64,000 bases of DNA from Candidatus Falkowbacteria bacterium (GTDB lineage: Bacteria; Patescibacteriota; Patescibacteriia; UBA11705; JACRDX01). The stretch is from positions 22,500 to 86,499 of the forward strand of contig JAZDOE010000002.1 of assembly GCA_043798985.1 (NCBI GenBank). The letters are read 5' to 3'. The translations under genes and the position numbers were made by a program. The notes under the pieces were generated by a model, which worked only from the letters and a program-made list of their open reading frames with translations, was not told the origin of the DNA and did no database searches. This document shows positions 1 through 9,681 of this stretch, in pieces; the first letter of the stretch is position 1, and every line of letters begins with the position of its first letter.

Positions 1-25
1 TTGGTCGGCGGTCACATCCACCGCA

Positions 26-190
26 CTGGCGCGGAATAAAGAGCGTGTCAAAAACCTATCTTGCGGGACTAGTCCTCCCGTCAGCAGAGAAACACTTTTC
101 ATCCAAATAGCGCCTGCAATCGCATGCCGTTTGCCTTATTGAACGGCATGTCCTGTCAAAATCCGCCAGTAATCGCTCTTTATTCCGCGC
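26..190 (+). ncRNA. candidate structured small RNA or rod-like element; 15-17 bp long-range helix (31-45 pairing 174-188) enclosing hairpins at 123-150 and 65-76; no ORF
   Basis: perfect inverted repeat GCGGAATAAAGAGCG / CGCTCTTTATTCCGC seen directly; followed by an intrinsic terminator on the + strand; stop codons in all + frames. Confidence 0.25.
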
Positions 191-202
191 GCCGCAACCA
201 CA

Positions 203-236
203 GCTTAGGACACAAACGCCCTAAGCTATTTTTTTC
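203..236 (+). terminator. Rho-independent terminator (stem GCTTAGG/CCTAAGC, loop 10 nt, T8 run) oriented for a + strand transcript convergent with miaB
   Basis: hairpin plus TATTTTTTT seen directly. Confidence 0.5.
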
Positions 237-1533
237 CATATAATCCCCAAGCAAGCGCTTTCGTTATTTCAATAACGACTTCTTGCCCTAATAAATTCTC
301 TTCCGCTACAACCGCAAATCGCACCTTTTTCTTCTCCCTGCTTTCCCCCTCCCAACAATCCCCCACTTTTTTCATTACTAAAACTTCAACATCTTTACCA
401 ACAAAACTTTCATTGCGCGCCTGAACAAAATTTTTGAACAACTCATGCAATTTATTCCATTGCCGCGACTTTTCTTCTTTTGAAACATCGTCGTCCAACA
501 ATGCTGCCGCTGAATTTGGTCGCGCGGAATATTTGGAAATATACGCATTATCAAACCCAACTTTTTCAAAAAATTTATATGTATTTTCAAATTGTTCAAT
601 GGTTTCGCCCGGAAATCCCACGATAATGTCCGTGCCAATGTGAACGCCCGGCTTTGCGGCACGAATTTTTTCAATCAACTTAAAATAATCTTCCGCAGTA
701 TATTTACGATTCATCGCCTTTAATATTTCATTATCACCGGCCTGCAAAGCAAGGTGCAAATAATTCATCATTTTCGGCAAAGCCAACAACGCAATAACTT
801 CGTCATGCAAGTCTTTGGGGTGAGCTGAAGAAAATTCCAAACGCGTGATGCCCTCAATTTTATTGACCTCCCACAACAACTTCGCAAAATCATGCGTGTA
901 TTTGTTATCCCTTGAACAAAAATTTTGTTCAGGCGCGCAATATGAATTAACATTTTGACCCAACAAAATGACATGCTTCCTGCCTTCGCGAACCAACTTT
1001 TCAATTTCAGCCAATATGTCTTGCGCTGGCCTGCTTCTTTCTCGTCCGCGAACATATGGAACAGCGCAATACGCGCAAAAATTATTACAGCCAGTCATAA
1101 TCGGAACTGACGCGATATACGGAGAACTGCCAATAGGCGCGCCGCTTAGCGGTTGAACATTAAAATAATCAGAATATTCCAAATCCGCGCCCAAAAACTT
1201 TGCAAATTTATCTAATTCCTTAATATTGAAAATAAAGTCAAAACGCTTGTTAAACGCTTCCATGTCAGCTGGCAAAACACAGCCGGTTAGAACAACTTTC
1301 AATGGTCGTTTCTTTTTCCACTTGTTCCAAAGTTTTAATTTGCCCCAAATTCTATCAATCGCAGTCTGCCGCACCGAACAAGCATTAACCACAATCAAAT
1401 CAGCGTCTTTTTCGTCGCCAGCATTCCAACCGACCCCGCCGATATCGGTGCAAGCCATATCCAAAACCGCGGCAATGCGTTCGCTGTCGCTTTTATTCAT
1501 CTGACACCCCAATGTAAAAATAAAATACCGCAT
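226..1533 (-). CDS. miaB: tRNA methylthiotransferase MiaB-like (radical SAM, TRAM domain)
   Basis: N-terminal MTTase motif FTLGCQMN, radical SAM CNNFCAYC, C-terminal TRAM; start set to first ATG (M7 of track ORF, whose M1 is GTG). Confidence 0.85.
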   Translation of the reverse strand: MRYFIFTLGCQMNKSDSERIAAVLDMACTDIGGVGWNAGDEKDADLIVVNACSVRQTAIDRIWGKLKLWNKWKKKRPLKVVLTGCVLPADMEAFNKRFDFIFNIKELDKFAKFLGADLEYSDYFNVQPLSGAPIGSSPYIASVPIMTGCNNFCAYCAVPYVRGRERSRPAQDILAEIEKLVREGRKHVILLGQNVNSYCAPEQNFCSRDNKYTHDFAKLLWEVNKIEGITRLEFSSAHPKDLHDEVIALLALPKMMNYLHLALQAGDNEILKAMNRKYTAEDYFKLIEKIRAAKPGVHIGTDIIVGFPGETIEQFENTYKFFEKVGFDNAYISKYSARPNSAAALLDDDVSKEEKSRQWNKLHELFKNFVQARNESFVGKDVEVLVMKKVGDCWEGESREKKKVRFAVVAEENLLGQEVVIEITKALAWGLYGKK

Positions 1534-1603
1534 AATTCGCAAGAATATCACAAAAACAGCATTTTTACAATCCTTTGATAATCCAATTTTTTATGCTACA
1601 ATC

Positions 1604-2029
1604 ATGAACAATAAACATCTCGCAAACGCTATGCCAACTATATTTTTACACAACTTCGTACAATCAATCAAAAACAGCCCGGCGCGAAAAAACAAAACAA
1701 TACTTGCGCTAAACATTTCAGCACTTATCTTCAATCTGGTCAGTTGGTTATTTTTATATTTCAAATTTAAACAAATTCTCGTGGACAAAAACAGTGACAT
1801 TGTGCCATTGCATTATAACATTTACCTTGGCATTGATCTTCAAGACAAATGGTGGAAAGCGTTTATCATGCCATTTTGGGGCGCGATTTTTTTCGTGTTC
1901 AATTATTTATTGACGCTTGCGATATTTCATAAAAAATCCCTAATCAGTTATTTTTTAAGCGCAACGAATTTATTTTTACAACTTATAATTTTGGCCGCGT
2001 GCATATTCACTTTACTTTTAAACATTTAA
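1604..2029 (+). CDS. hypothetical small membrane protein (about 4 predicted TM helices)
   Basis: ORF between divergent miaB and mraY, hydrophobic segments; no recognisable family. Confidence 0.4.
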   Translation: MNNKHLANAMPTIFLHNFVQSIKNSPARKNKTILALNISALIFNLVSWLFLYFKFKQILVDKNSDIVPLHYNIYLGIDLQDKWWKAFIMPFWGAIFFVFNYLLTLAIFHKKSLISYFLSATNLFLQLIILAACIFTLLLNI

Positions 2030-2036
2030 AATACCT

Positions 2037-3089
2037 ATGGAGACCGCGATTGTTTTTAAAATAGGATTGCTCACCATTTGTTCATTCGGACTGGCGCTCG
2101 CACTCACCCCGCTTTTGCTGTATTTTTTACGAAAGTATAAACTTGGCAAACAAATCCGTGACGCGAAATCAGCGCCGATTTTTGCCGGACTGCATGCCAA
2201 CAAAGCTGGCACGCCAACAATGGGCGGAATAATTATCTGGCTGTCAGTGACGCTCTTGGCGCTTGGAATTTTTGCGTTAAATTTACTGGCCGATGACGCA
2301 AATATATTCACGCGGTTAAATTTTTTAACACGTAGCCAAACGCTCTTGCCCTTCGGCGCCCTGCTTCTCGCGGCAGCTATCGGCTTTTTTGACGACCTGC
2401 TTGGCATCAAAAAACTTGGTTCCAAGGGCGGAGGTTTGGATATGAAAATTAAAATCGTGTCCTATTCGTTAATTGCCATAATTTGCGCGGCATGGTTTTA
2501 TTTTAAATTGGATTGGGACACTGTTTACGTTCCGTTCGTCGGCAATTTCGCGATTGGCTGGTGGTTTTTACCAGCGGCGTTTTTAGTAATTGTCGCGACA
2601 GCGTTCTCGGTCAATGAAACGGACGGATTGGACGGACTGGTTGGCGGAACATTGATTTGCGCGTACGCGGCAGTCGGCGCCATTGCCTTTACTCAAGGCA
2701 AATTTGATTTGGCAGCTTTTTGCGGAGCAATAATCGGAGCATCAATTGCTTTTTTGTGGTTCAATATTTTCCCGGCAAAATTTTTCATGGGCGACACAGG
2801 CGCAATGAGTTTGGGAATCGTGCTGGCTCTTATCGCACTTTATACCAACACAATTTTGCTTTTACCGATAATCGGATTTGTTTTCGTCGTTGAAGCGCTA
2901 AGTGTTTTGGTTCAAATTTTGTCAAAAAAAATACGCAAGAAAAAAATATTTTTATCCACGCCAATCCATCACCACTTACAAGCAATCGGCTGGGCAGAAC
3001 CAAAAATTGTGATGCGTTTCTGGCTAATATCTGGCATCGCGGCAGTCGCTGGCGTTATTATTTTCTTGATTGATAAAGGATGGTATTAA
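2037..3089 (+). CDS. mraY: phospho-N-acetylmuramoyl-pentapeptide transferase
   Basis: MraY motifs NETDGLDGL, multi-TM, followed by murD. Confidence 0.9.
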   Translation: METAIVFKIGLLTICSFGLALALTPLLLYFLRKYKLGKQIRDAKSAPIFAGLHANKAGTPTMGGIIIWLSVTLLALGIFALNLLADDANIFTRLNFLTRSQTLLPFGALLLAAAIGFFDDLLGIKKLGSKGGGLDMKIKIVSYSLIAIICAAWFYFKLDWDTVYVPFVGNFAIGWWFLPAAFLVIVATAFSVNETDGLDGLVGGTLICAYAAVGAIAFTQGKFDLAAFCGAIIGASIAFLWFNIFPAKFFMGDTGAMSLGIVLALIALYTNTILLLPIIGFVFVVEALSVLVQILSKKIRKKKIFLSTPIHHHLQAIGWAEPKIVMRFWLISGIAAVAGVIIFLIDKGWY

Positions 3090-3136
3090 AGCAGCTTGTA
3101 GCAAAGTAGCTTGTAGCAGGAATTTTAAAAATCCAA

Positions 3137-4477
3137 ATGATAAATTATACAAATAAAAAAATATTGATTTTGGGGCTTGGAATACTGGGCAAGGGCGTCG
3201 GAGATGCTATTTTTTTCGCAAAAAAGGGCGCGAAAGTTTTGGTGACTGATTTAAAAACGAAAAAACAACTCGCCTCATCCTTAAAAAAATTAGCAAAGTA
3301 CAACAATATAAAATATATTTTGGGAAAACATCGCGAACAAGATGTTTTGAACGCTGATTTGATAATTCGCAATCCTGATGTTCCGCTGAATTCCCCGTTT
3401 TTACAGCTCGCTTTCAAAAAAAATATTCCGGTTGAAATGGATGACTCGCTTTTTGCCAAACATTGTCCTTGCACTTTGATCGGTGTCACAGGAACGCGCG
3501 GTAAAACGACAACAACAACATTGATTGGCGAACTCGCGAAACTTACTGGCCGCAAAGTTTTTGTGGCAGGAAATATCAAGGGCACCGCAACATTGCCGCT
3601 GATTGATAAAGTAAAACCAAATGACATTGTCGTGTTGGAACTTTCAAGTTGGCAATTGCAAGGATTTAAATGGGACAAAATCAGTCCGCACATTTCGGTT
3701 TTTACAAATATTTATCCGGACCATTTGAATCGTTATGATTCAATGAAAAAATATATTGATGACAAAAAAAATATCTTTAAATTTCAAAAACCGACTGACT
3801 TTGTTATTTTGAACAAAGAAAATAGCTTTACCCGTGAAGCAAAAAAAGAATGCGGGGCGCAAGCCCTTTGGTTTGAAAAATCGCAAGTGCCAAAAACGTG
3901 GAAACTTAAAATGCTTGGCGCGCATAATTTGGAAAATGCTGCCGCGGCCATGCAAGTTGGAAAAATTCTTGGCTTAACAATGGAGCAAATGAAAAAAACA
4001 ATTTGCGATTTTCCGGGCGTTGAACATCGTTTGGAGCACGTGGCAACAATCAAAGGCGTGAACTTTATTAATGACACAACATCAACAACGCCGATCTCCG
4101 GACAAATCGCTTTAAAAACAGTGCGGAAACCAATAATTTTAATTGCCGGCGGCGCGACCAAAAAATTGAACCTTTCCAGTTTTGGTCGCGCCATTTCCAA
4201 AACAGTAAAAGCCGTAGCACTTTTAAATGGAACGGCCACCGCTGAATTGGAAAAAGCAATTATTAAAAGCGGTGGCCGCAAATTAATATTGGGAAAATTT
4301 GATAATCTCCTCCCTGCGGTCCGCGCTTGTATCAGCACAAGCAAAAAAGGCGACACAATTTTACTATCGCCCGGCTGCGCAAGTTTTGGCATTTTTAAAA
4401 ATGAATTTGACCGCGGCGAAAAATTTAAAAAAATAGTAAAAAAATATGCAAAAGCTGCGATCAGAATCCAAAATTGA
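3137..4477 (+). CDS. murD: UDP-N-acetylmuramoylalanine--D-glutamate ligase
   Basis: Mur ligase P-loop GVTGTRGKTTTTT, position after mraY. Confidence 0.9.
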   Translation: MINYTNKKILILGLGILGKGVGDAIFFAKKGAKVLVTDLKTKKQLASSLKKLAKYNNIKYILGKHREQDVLNADLIIRNPDVPLNSPFLQLAFKKNIPVEMDDSLFAKHCPCTLIGVTGTRGKTTTTTLIGELAKLTGRKVFVAGNIKGTATLPLIDKVKPNDIVVLELSSWQLQGFKWDKISPHISVFTNIYPDHLNRYDSMKKYIDDKKNIFKFQKPTDFVILNKENSFTREAKKECGAQALWFEKSQVPKTWKLKMLGAHNLENAAAAMQVGKILGLTMEQMKKTICDFPGVEHRLEHVATIKGVNFINDTTSTTPISGQIALKTVRKPIILIAGGATKKLNLSSFGRAISKTVKAVALLNGTATAELEKAIIKSGGRKLILGKFDNLLPAVRACISTSKKGDTILLSPGCASFGIFKNEFDRGEKFKKIVKKYAKAAIRIQN

Positions 4478-5552
4478 TTTTTGGCTGATTGCCAGTTTCG
4501 CGATGCTTTTGCTCATCGGCATATTTACTCTTGCGTCTGCTGGCACTGCCACTGGATTCCAAACGTTTGGCGACAGTTTTTACTTTTTAAAACACCAACT
4601 GCTCTTTGGACTTTTGCCCGGCATTGTTCTCTGCGTCGCGTTGTCAATAATCAACTATCAAATTTGGCAAAAAATTTCACCGATTTTTTTATTCATTTCA
4701 ATCGGATTATTGATCTTGGTATTTATTCCCGGGCTTGGCATGACGTTGAACAACGCCAAAAGCTGGGTGGACATTGGACCAATCCATTTTCAACCCGCGG
4801 AAATTGTTAAATTGCTTTTCATACTTTATTTAAGCGGCTGGCTGGCACGCCAATCTGACGCAAAAGTCAAAAGTTTTTCCTACGGTTTCTTGCCATTCAT
4901 TTTGTTAATAGGAATAATCGCCGCGCTTGTGATCGCGCAACCAGACATCGGAACTTTATCAATAATTCTTTTTGCCTCTTGCGCGATATATTTTGCGCGC
5001 GGCGCAAATTTAAAACACATTGGATTTTTATCTGCAATCGGCGCCGCGCTATTTTTCGCGCTCGTAAAACTCGCGCCATACAGAGCAGACCGTCTCATGA
5101 CATTTTTGCATCCAGAACTTGACCCGCAAGGCATTGGCTACCACATTAACCAAGCATTTTTGGCAATAGGCACTGGCGGATTTTTCGGTCTCGGAATCGG
5201 CAATTCCAGACAAAAATTTCAATATTTGCCAGAAGCAACCGGCGATTCAATTTTCGCGATATTCGCGGAAGAAATGGGATTTATTTGTTGCATCATACTT
5301 TTAGGGCTGTTCATTTTTCTGGCGCTACGAATCTACCGCCTGATACAAAAAACTGATGACCCTTTTGCAAAACTGGCCGCAACCGGCATTTTGAGCTGGT
5401 TTTTGTTCCAATCTTTTTACAACATCGCATCCATGATCGGACTTTTGCCAATGACCGGCGTCCCCTTGTTATTCATAAGTTTTGGCGGAACCGCGCTAAT
5501 AACGGCAATGGCAGCAATGGGTATTTTAATAAATATTTCCAAAAAAAATTAG
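4446..5552 (+). CDS. ftsW: peptidoglycan glycosyltransferase FtsW/RodA/SpoVE family
   Basis: SEDS family multi-TM protein; overlaps murD 3' end by 32 nt as in dcw clusters. Confidence 0.85.
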   Translation: MQKLRSESKIDFWLIASFAMLLLIGIFTLASAGTATGFQTFGDSFYFLKHQLLFGLLPGIVLCVALSIINYQIWQKISPIFLFISIGLLILVFIPGLGMTLNNAKSWVDIGPIHFQPAEIVKLLFILYLSGWLARQSDAKVKSFSYGFLPFILLIGIIAALVIAQPDIGTLSIILFASCAIYFARGANLKHIGFLSAIGAALFFALVKLAPYRADRLMTFLHPELDPQGIGYHINQAFLAIGTGGFFGLGIGNSRQKFQYLPEATGDSIFAIFAEEMGFICCIILLGLFIFLALRIYRLIQKTDDPFAKLAATGILSWFLFQSFYNIASMIGLLPMTGVPLLFISFGGTALITAMAAMGILINISKKN

Positions 5553-5578
5553 CCCCGCATCACGTGGAATACAGGGCA

Positions 5579-5986
5579 TTACCTTAAGTTCATATCTTTC
5601 AACTTCTTCCGCAGAAGTTGTTTTTCTTTTGCGCGCGCATCACGGCTGCGCAGACGTGACGTTTTGTGCCTCCTCTGCCAGCAGGTAATTACCACCAGCC
5701 TGTCCCGTATTTGACGATCCATCGCCACGATAAAGTCAAAGCATCCGCTCCTAAATCTCCATACGTTGTTTTGTTTATCTTGCGGGGTTCGACCAATGAT
5801 TTTTGCGGCACGCAATAATTTCTCTATCACTGCCGCAGGATTTTTTGGCAAAGTATTCACGTCTTTAATGAACTCCTGAATTGCGTGGGGTGTCACGAAT
5901 ATGGCAACATTGCCAAAAATATCTTGCCTGCGCTTTTTGGGCGGCGCTTGGCTACGCTCAAGCACCTCTTTTTCATGTTCATCCAT
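5579..5986 (-). CDS. RelE/ParE-family type II toxin (orphan; N-terminal extension of about 25 aa)
   Basis: C-terminal pattern VWRFRSGCFDFIVAMD...DRLVVITCWQRRHK resembles RelE/ParE fold signature; elevated GC; no antitoxin ORF upstream. Confidence 0.55.
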   Translation of the reverse strand: MDEHEKEVLERSQAPPKKRRQDIFGNVAIFVTPHAIQEFIKDVNTLPKNPAAVIEKLLRAAKIIGRTPQDKQNNVWRFRSGCFDFIVAMDRQIRDRLVVITCWQRRHKTSRLRSRDARAKEKQLLRKKLKDMNLR

Positions 5987-6120
5987 TGCAACCCTCCTAA
6001 AAAATCAAGAAAAGACCAACAATCCACCTTATTATAAGCGGAAATTGAATTTTAACAAACCATTTCAATTTGTCAATACTTGACTTATGCTTGTCAATAA
6101 AGTAGAATAAGGCATAGATA

Positions 6121-6232
6121 ATCAATAAATGACAAATATCAAATTTCAAATCAAATCCAAAGGTCAAATAACAAAAACATTTGACATTCAGATTTTGACA
6201 TTGAATTGACATTTGAAATTTGTAATTTGATA
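6121..6232 (+). repeat. AT-rich repeat element with three direct TTGACAT repeats (spacing 14 and 11 bp) and AAATGACAAATATCAAAT module; second copy at 62125-62217
   Basis: shared string TTTGACATTGAATTGACATTTGA at both loci. Confidence 0.6.
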
Positions 6233-6244
6233 TTTTCTATTAAT

Positions 6245-6529
6245 ATGGCCCATAAAAAAGCAGGCGGCAGTACAGTCCTTGGTAGAGATTCAAAAGCGCA
6301 ACGACTTGGAACAAAGCTCTATGGCGGGCAAATAGCAAAACCCGGCGATATTATTGTTCGCCAACGCGGCACAAAAATCAATCCGGGATTGAACGTAATG
6401 CGCGCGACAGACGACACTCTTTTCTCTACGGCAAACGGCATTGTCACTTTCACTGACAAGCGAAAAACCCGCTTTACCGGCAAAACTGAAAAAAGAAAAT
6501 TCGTGAGTGTCCTTCCATCAACAAAATAA
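6245..6529 (+). CDS. rpmA: 50S ribosomal protein L27
   Basis: [16 protein letters not shown]...IIVRQRGTK matches L27 signature; start moved to internal ATG. Confidence 0.9.
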   Translation: MAHKKAGGSTVLGRDSKAQRLGTKLYGGQIAKPGDIIVRQRGTKINPGLNVMRATDDTLFSTANGIVTFTDKRKTRFTGKTEKRKFVSVLPSTK

Positions 6530-6580
6530 TTTAATCGCTCTATAAAAAGTCCCCTGCTAATTTTTAGCAGGGGTGTTTTG

Positions 6581-8209
6581 TTACAATGACAGCGAAATGT
6601 CGTTGCCAAAATATGCGAGCTCCCCGTTCATTGTTGAGTACTGCACATGATATTGCCCCGCGGGAATATCACCAATCTCCACATGGTAATATTCATCCGC
6701 TGAAATTTCAACTTTTTGCGCGTTGGAAAAGTCATTGCCAACGCTATCCTGCTCAATATCAACCAGCGCAAAATCTGCCCTATACAAATAATACGCTGAC
6801 AACGCGATGCACTTGTTGCCGCACGATTTTGCAACAGCCGGCTTCCACTCGTAGCACACAAAATCTGTAAAAAACAGCTCGCCTTCACCGTTGAAATCAA
6901 TCACTCCGTTGTGATTCACAAACGAATGATCGCACTGAATCTGCGCCAACGTTGGATCAAATCCTGACCAATTTGGCGTCGCGCAATTGTAATCCACCCA
7001 CGGAAATCCGCGCTCGCATATCTGCTCCTTTGTCAGCGCGAATTTCAACGTTTCCAGCGCAGTCAATTCCCCGTTTGCGCCATACCACAACCATGCGTTC
7101 ATACCGCTTGGGCACACAATCTCGCATTTTACCCCACCATCGGCACGGTCAACATTATCAACCGCCTGCGCCAGCGTTATTTCATCAGCCTGCGACAACG
7201 ACTCAACATCTTCCTGCGTTTGCTTATCCGCCAACTTGTCCGCCGAAGCGTCAGCGAAGGCAGGATCAACCGTCGCATCCGGTTCAACACTGCCATACGC
7301 ATCATCGCCGACAACATCTGCTGGCTCATCCTGAAAAATTGACACATCAGGCGCGACAAACGGCTCTTCGTTTTCCTCGGGATCAATGCCTTGCGGCACT
7401 GCGCACATTGTCGCTGTTTCAAGCGAAATGGCTGTCCCGAATTTTACGAATGACGCGTAAAATTCATCATCATCTCCGCACGTATTCATCGGCGCGCTCG
7501 CATAGCCCATGGCCTGAAATACTTCGTAATTCAGGAATGGCCGCAAAACGCCATTGCCATCGGCAACAAAAATCACTCCCGCGCCAAAACCTTCAACGCT
7601 GAAAAGCGGTTTGACGAGCGCGCCGGCTCTCACAAACAACGGGTTGCTAAACTCACATTTGTGAAAATACTTTTGCTCTGCATCATAGCCTGACAAAACT
7701 TCTGCTTGCCCTGCCTCACATCCCCATGTTTTCAGCGCGAGCAGAGTTGGAATAGGATAGATCATACATCCGCTTTCTTCAGATTCTTTTTCAAGCATGT
7801 AAAAAGAATCATCGCCAAGCACTTGAAACAACTTCCGTTTTGGCTGCCAGTCAACGACCCAGCTTTCTTCGTAGCATGCCATTTCTTCTGGCGTAGCAGT
7901 GATCACCTGCTCCCATTTCCAGCCATGCGCATTGAAAACCGCCTCGTCCGCGATCCAATGCTTTTTCTCGCCATCAACAACATAGACATTTGCAGAAACA
8001 GAATCTTTCAACAAAGTTCCTGCCGGATGCCACGTGACGATTACGCTTGAACCATCGTCAATCCATTGCGCAACATCGCTGTTGTTTGCAGGCAAAAGCG
8101 CCTGCTCCTTTTCCGTGCCATACGGCTCATCCACCTGCATGCTACGAGTACAATTCAACACGCAGCACACAATAAACGCCCCAACAGTCACCAGCGCCAG
8201 CGTTTTCAT
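6581..8209 (-). CDS. secreted cysteine-rich acidic hypothetical protein (signal peptide), GC-elevated (about 55%)
   Basis: N-terminal signal peptide MKTLALVTVGAFIVCC, many Cys, acidic stretch; no recognisable domain. Confidence 0.6.
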   Translation of the reverse strand: MKTLALVTVGAFIVCCVLNCTRSMQVDEPYGTEKEQALLPANNSDVAQWIDDGSSVIVTWHPAGTLLKDSVSANVYVVDGEKKHWIADEAVFNAHGWKWEQVITATPEEMACYEESWVVDWQPKRKLFQVLGDDSFYMLEKESEESGCMIYPIPTLLALKTWGCEAGQAEVLSGYDAEQKYFHKCEFSNPLFVRAGALVKPLFSVEGFGAGVIFVADGNGVLRPFLNYEVFQAMGYASAPMNTCGDDDEFYASFVKFGTAISLETATMCAVPQGIDPEENEEPFVAPDVSIFQDEPADVVGDDAYGSVEPDATVDPAFADASADKLADKQTQEDVESLSQADEITLAQAVDNVDRADGGVKCEIVCPSGMNAWLWYGANGELTALETLKFALTKEQICERGFPWVDYNCATPNWSGFDPTLAQIQCDHSFVNHNGVIDFNGEGELFFTDFVCYEWKPAVAKSCGNKCIALSAYYLYRADFALVDIEQDSVGNDFSNAQKVEISADEYYHVEIGDIPAGQYHVQYSTMNGELAYFGNDISLSL

Positions 8210-8339
8210 GACAAACCTCCAACCAAGTTGTTAATGAACATTCCTTGTTTTTATCGTATCCAATTTGTGGCAACAACCCAATAAAAATGTTATGCACTTC
8301 TGACGCGTTAATAAAACTTTTAAAATTTAATCTATTTTT

Positions 8340-8860
8340 GCAACAAAAAACGCCCCAGCTTTGTTAGCCGAGGCTGACGGAAAAGAAAAAAGGAGCGTCA
8401 GGTGTAGACCGCTCCATTCATGTTCGCTCTTGAGACTACGACGGCCCAATCCTCCCACTTGGTTTTACGATGTTCATCTCCCACGCACCAGAGGCTCCAC
8501 AACGCTGTGACTTAATTCTCTGCGTTGTCATGTCTGGATTTACCATGTTTGATTACTTACCGATATTCCAAATTTCGGAACCGGGTAGAAGTGACACTCG
8601 TCCCATTGCTGGGACACCCTAAACGTATCGTACTCATCCCTTTCAGGACTTTCCGCTCCACTTAGGGTTCACTTCCTGCATGATCCGCCGGATAGGCTTT
8701 TTTGTTATCCGCGTTACGGGGCCATATCATCCCGCTCGCTTCGTTCTATTGGTCCATTCTTCCACCTCCCTTGTCAAAAAATGACAGAACTCTTGCCAGC
8801 TGATGAGTAGAGCAAAATGTCTCTCTTTCGAAGAGACTCGCCCAAGAGGCGGCTCACCCA
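8340..8860. ncRNA. ORF-free GC-elevated segment, candidate large structured RNA or decayed gene; identity unknown
   Basis: stops in all six frames over about 650 bp, multiple stable hairpins, GGAAAGUCC-like motif on minus strand but no complementary P4 strand. Confidence 0.2.
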
Positions 8861-8954
8861 TCAATAGATCCTACACAGAACATATACATTATAGCACGCC
8901 AACAAAAATATGTCAATAGCCCAAGCTAAATCACATAAAATCGCTCTAAATTTA

Positions 8955-8980
8955 CCACCACACCAGCAATGGTGTGGTGG
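8955..8980. terminator. perfect 11 bp stem hairpin with GCAA tetraloop (CCACCACACCA-GCAA-TGGTGTGGTGG), weak T-tract both sides
   Basis: seen directly. Confidence 0.3.
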
Positions 8981-9075
8981 TTTACGCGCACGCTTGACAT
9001 AAAAATCGAGATTTGCTAACGTAGAGACGTGATAGTATCGCGTCTCTACAACCAATCCAACCAAAGGAGGCGGCA

Positions 9076-9681
9076 ATGCGCAAATTCATGCTATTGTCCG
9101 CCCTGATCTTGGGCGGATGTTCATTTGTGGTGAATTGGGGCACAATAACAGATTCAAATGATGACGCGGCTGATTTTGCAGTCATTGCAGACATTGACGT
9201 TATTGAAGCCAATGATTTAATCAGCACGGACTGGGCAGTTGACACTGAAGAGTTAACAACTGAAGAAGTTGAATATACGGATGCGCAAAACTGCGCGGAA
9301 AACGAGTACTGGGAGCCGCACTTCAACAAATGCGCGTTTTACCCGTGTTGTGAAATCAAAGGCAATTGGACGTTTGTGTTCAATGACATGACGACTTTTC
9401 CGTGGAAACCAATCACCTACTCTGCCAAACTCACGCAGAACAAGGCGTATGTAAAGTTGGAAATCACCAGCGATGGTACCTTGCCATTGCCTGAAACCAT
9501 GAGCGGCACTTTGGAAAAAAGCGTCCTGCACTTGGACGGAGAAAATGACAGCGGCTTTTTGACACTTGATGCTGTGGATGTCAAAAAGCAACTTGAATCT
9601 GACAAAGTTGAAGGAGACTATGTCTGGCTCAAGGCTGACGGCGCGCAGATGGCAGGAACCTTCTACTTGCAACGTTTGTAA
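9076..9681 (+). CDS. hypothetical lipoprotein (lipobox LILGGC)
   Basis: signal peptide plus lipobox Cys; flanked by related palindromes ending CGTCTCTAC. Confidence 0.6.
   Translation: MRKFMLLSALILGGCSFVVNWGTITDSNDDAADFAVIADIDVIEANDLISTDWAVDTEELTTEEVEYTDAQNCAENEYWEPHFNKCAFYPCCEIKGNWTFVFNDMTTFPWKPITYSAKLTQNKAYVKLEITSDGTLPLPETMSGTLEKSVLHLDGENDSGFLTLDAVDVKKQLESDKVEGDYVWLKADGAQMAGTFYLQRL

Noticed and set aside
8790-8850. Hammerhead-like CUGAUGAG ... CGAA motif
   Set aside because: Spacing between CUGAUGA, stem II and GAAA does not fit the hammerhead core. It is more simply a 6-bp hairpin GTCTCT/AGAGAC.
8340-8860. RNase P RNA on the minus strand (GGAAAGUCC motif)
   Set aside because: No complementary P4 3' strand (CCCGGCUU-like) and none of the other conserved RNase P blocks could be found. 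tmRNA hallmarks (tag reading frame, CCA-ending tRNA-like domain) are also absent.
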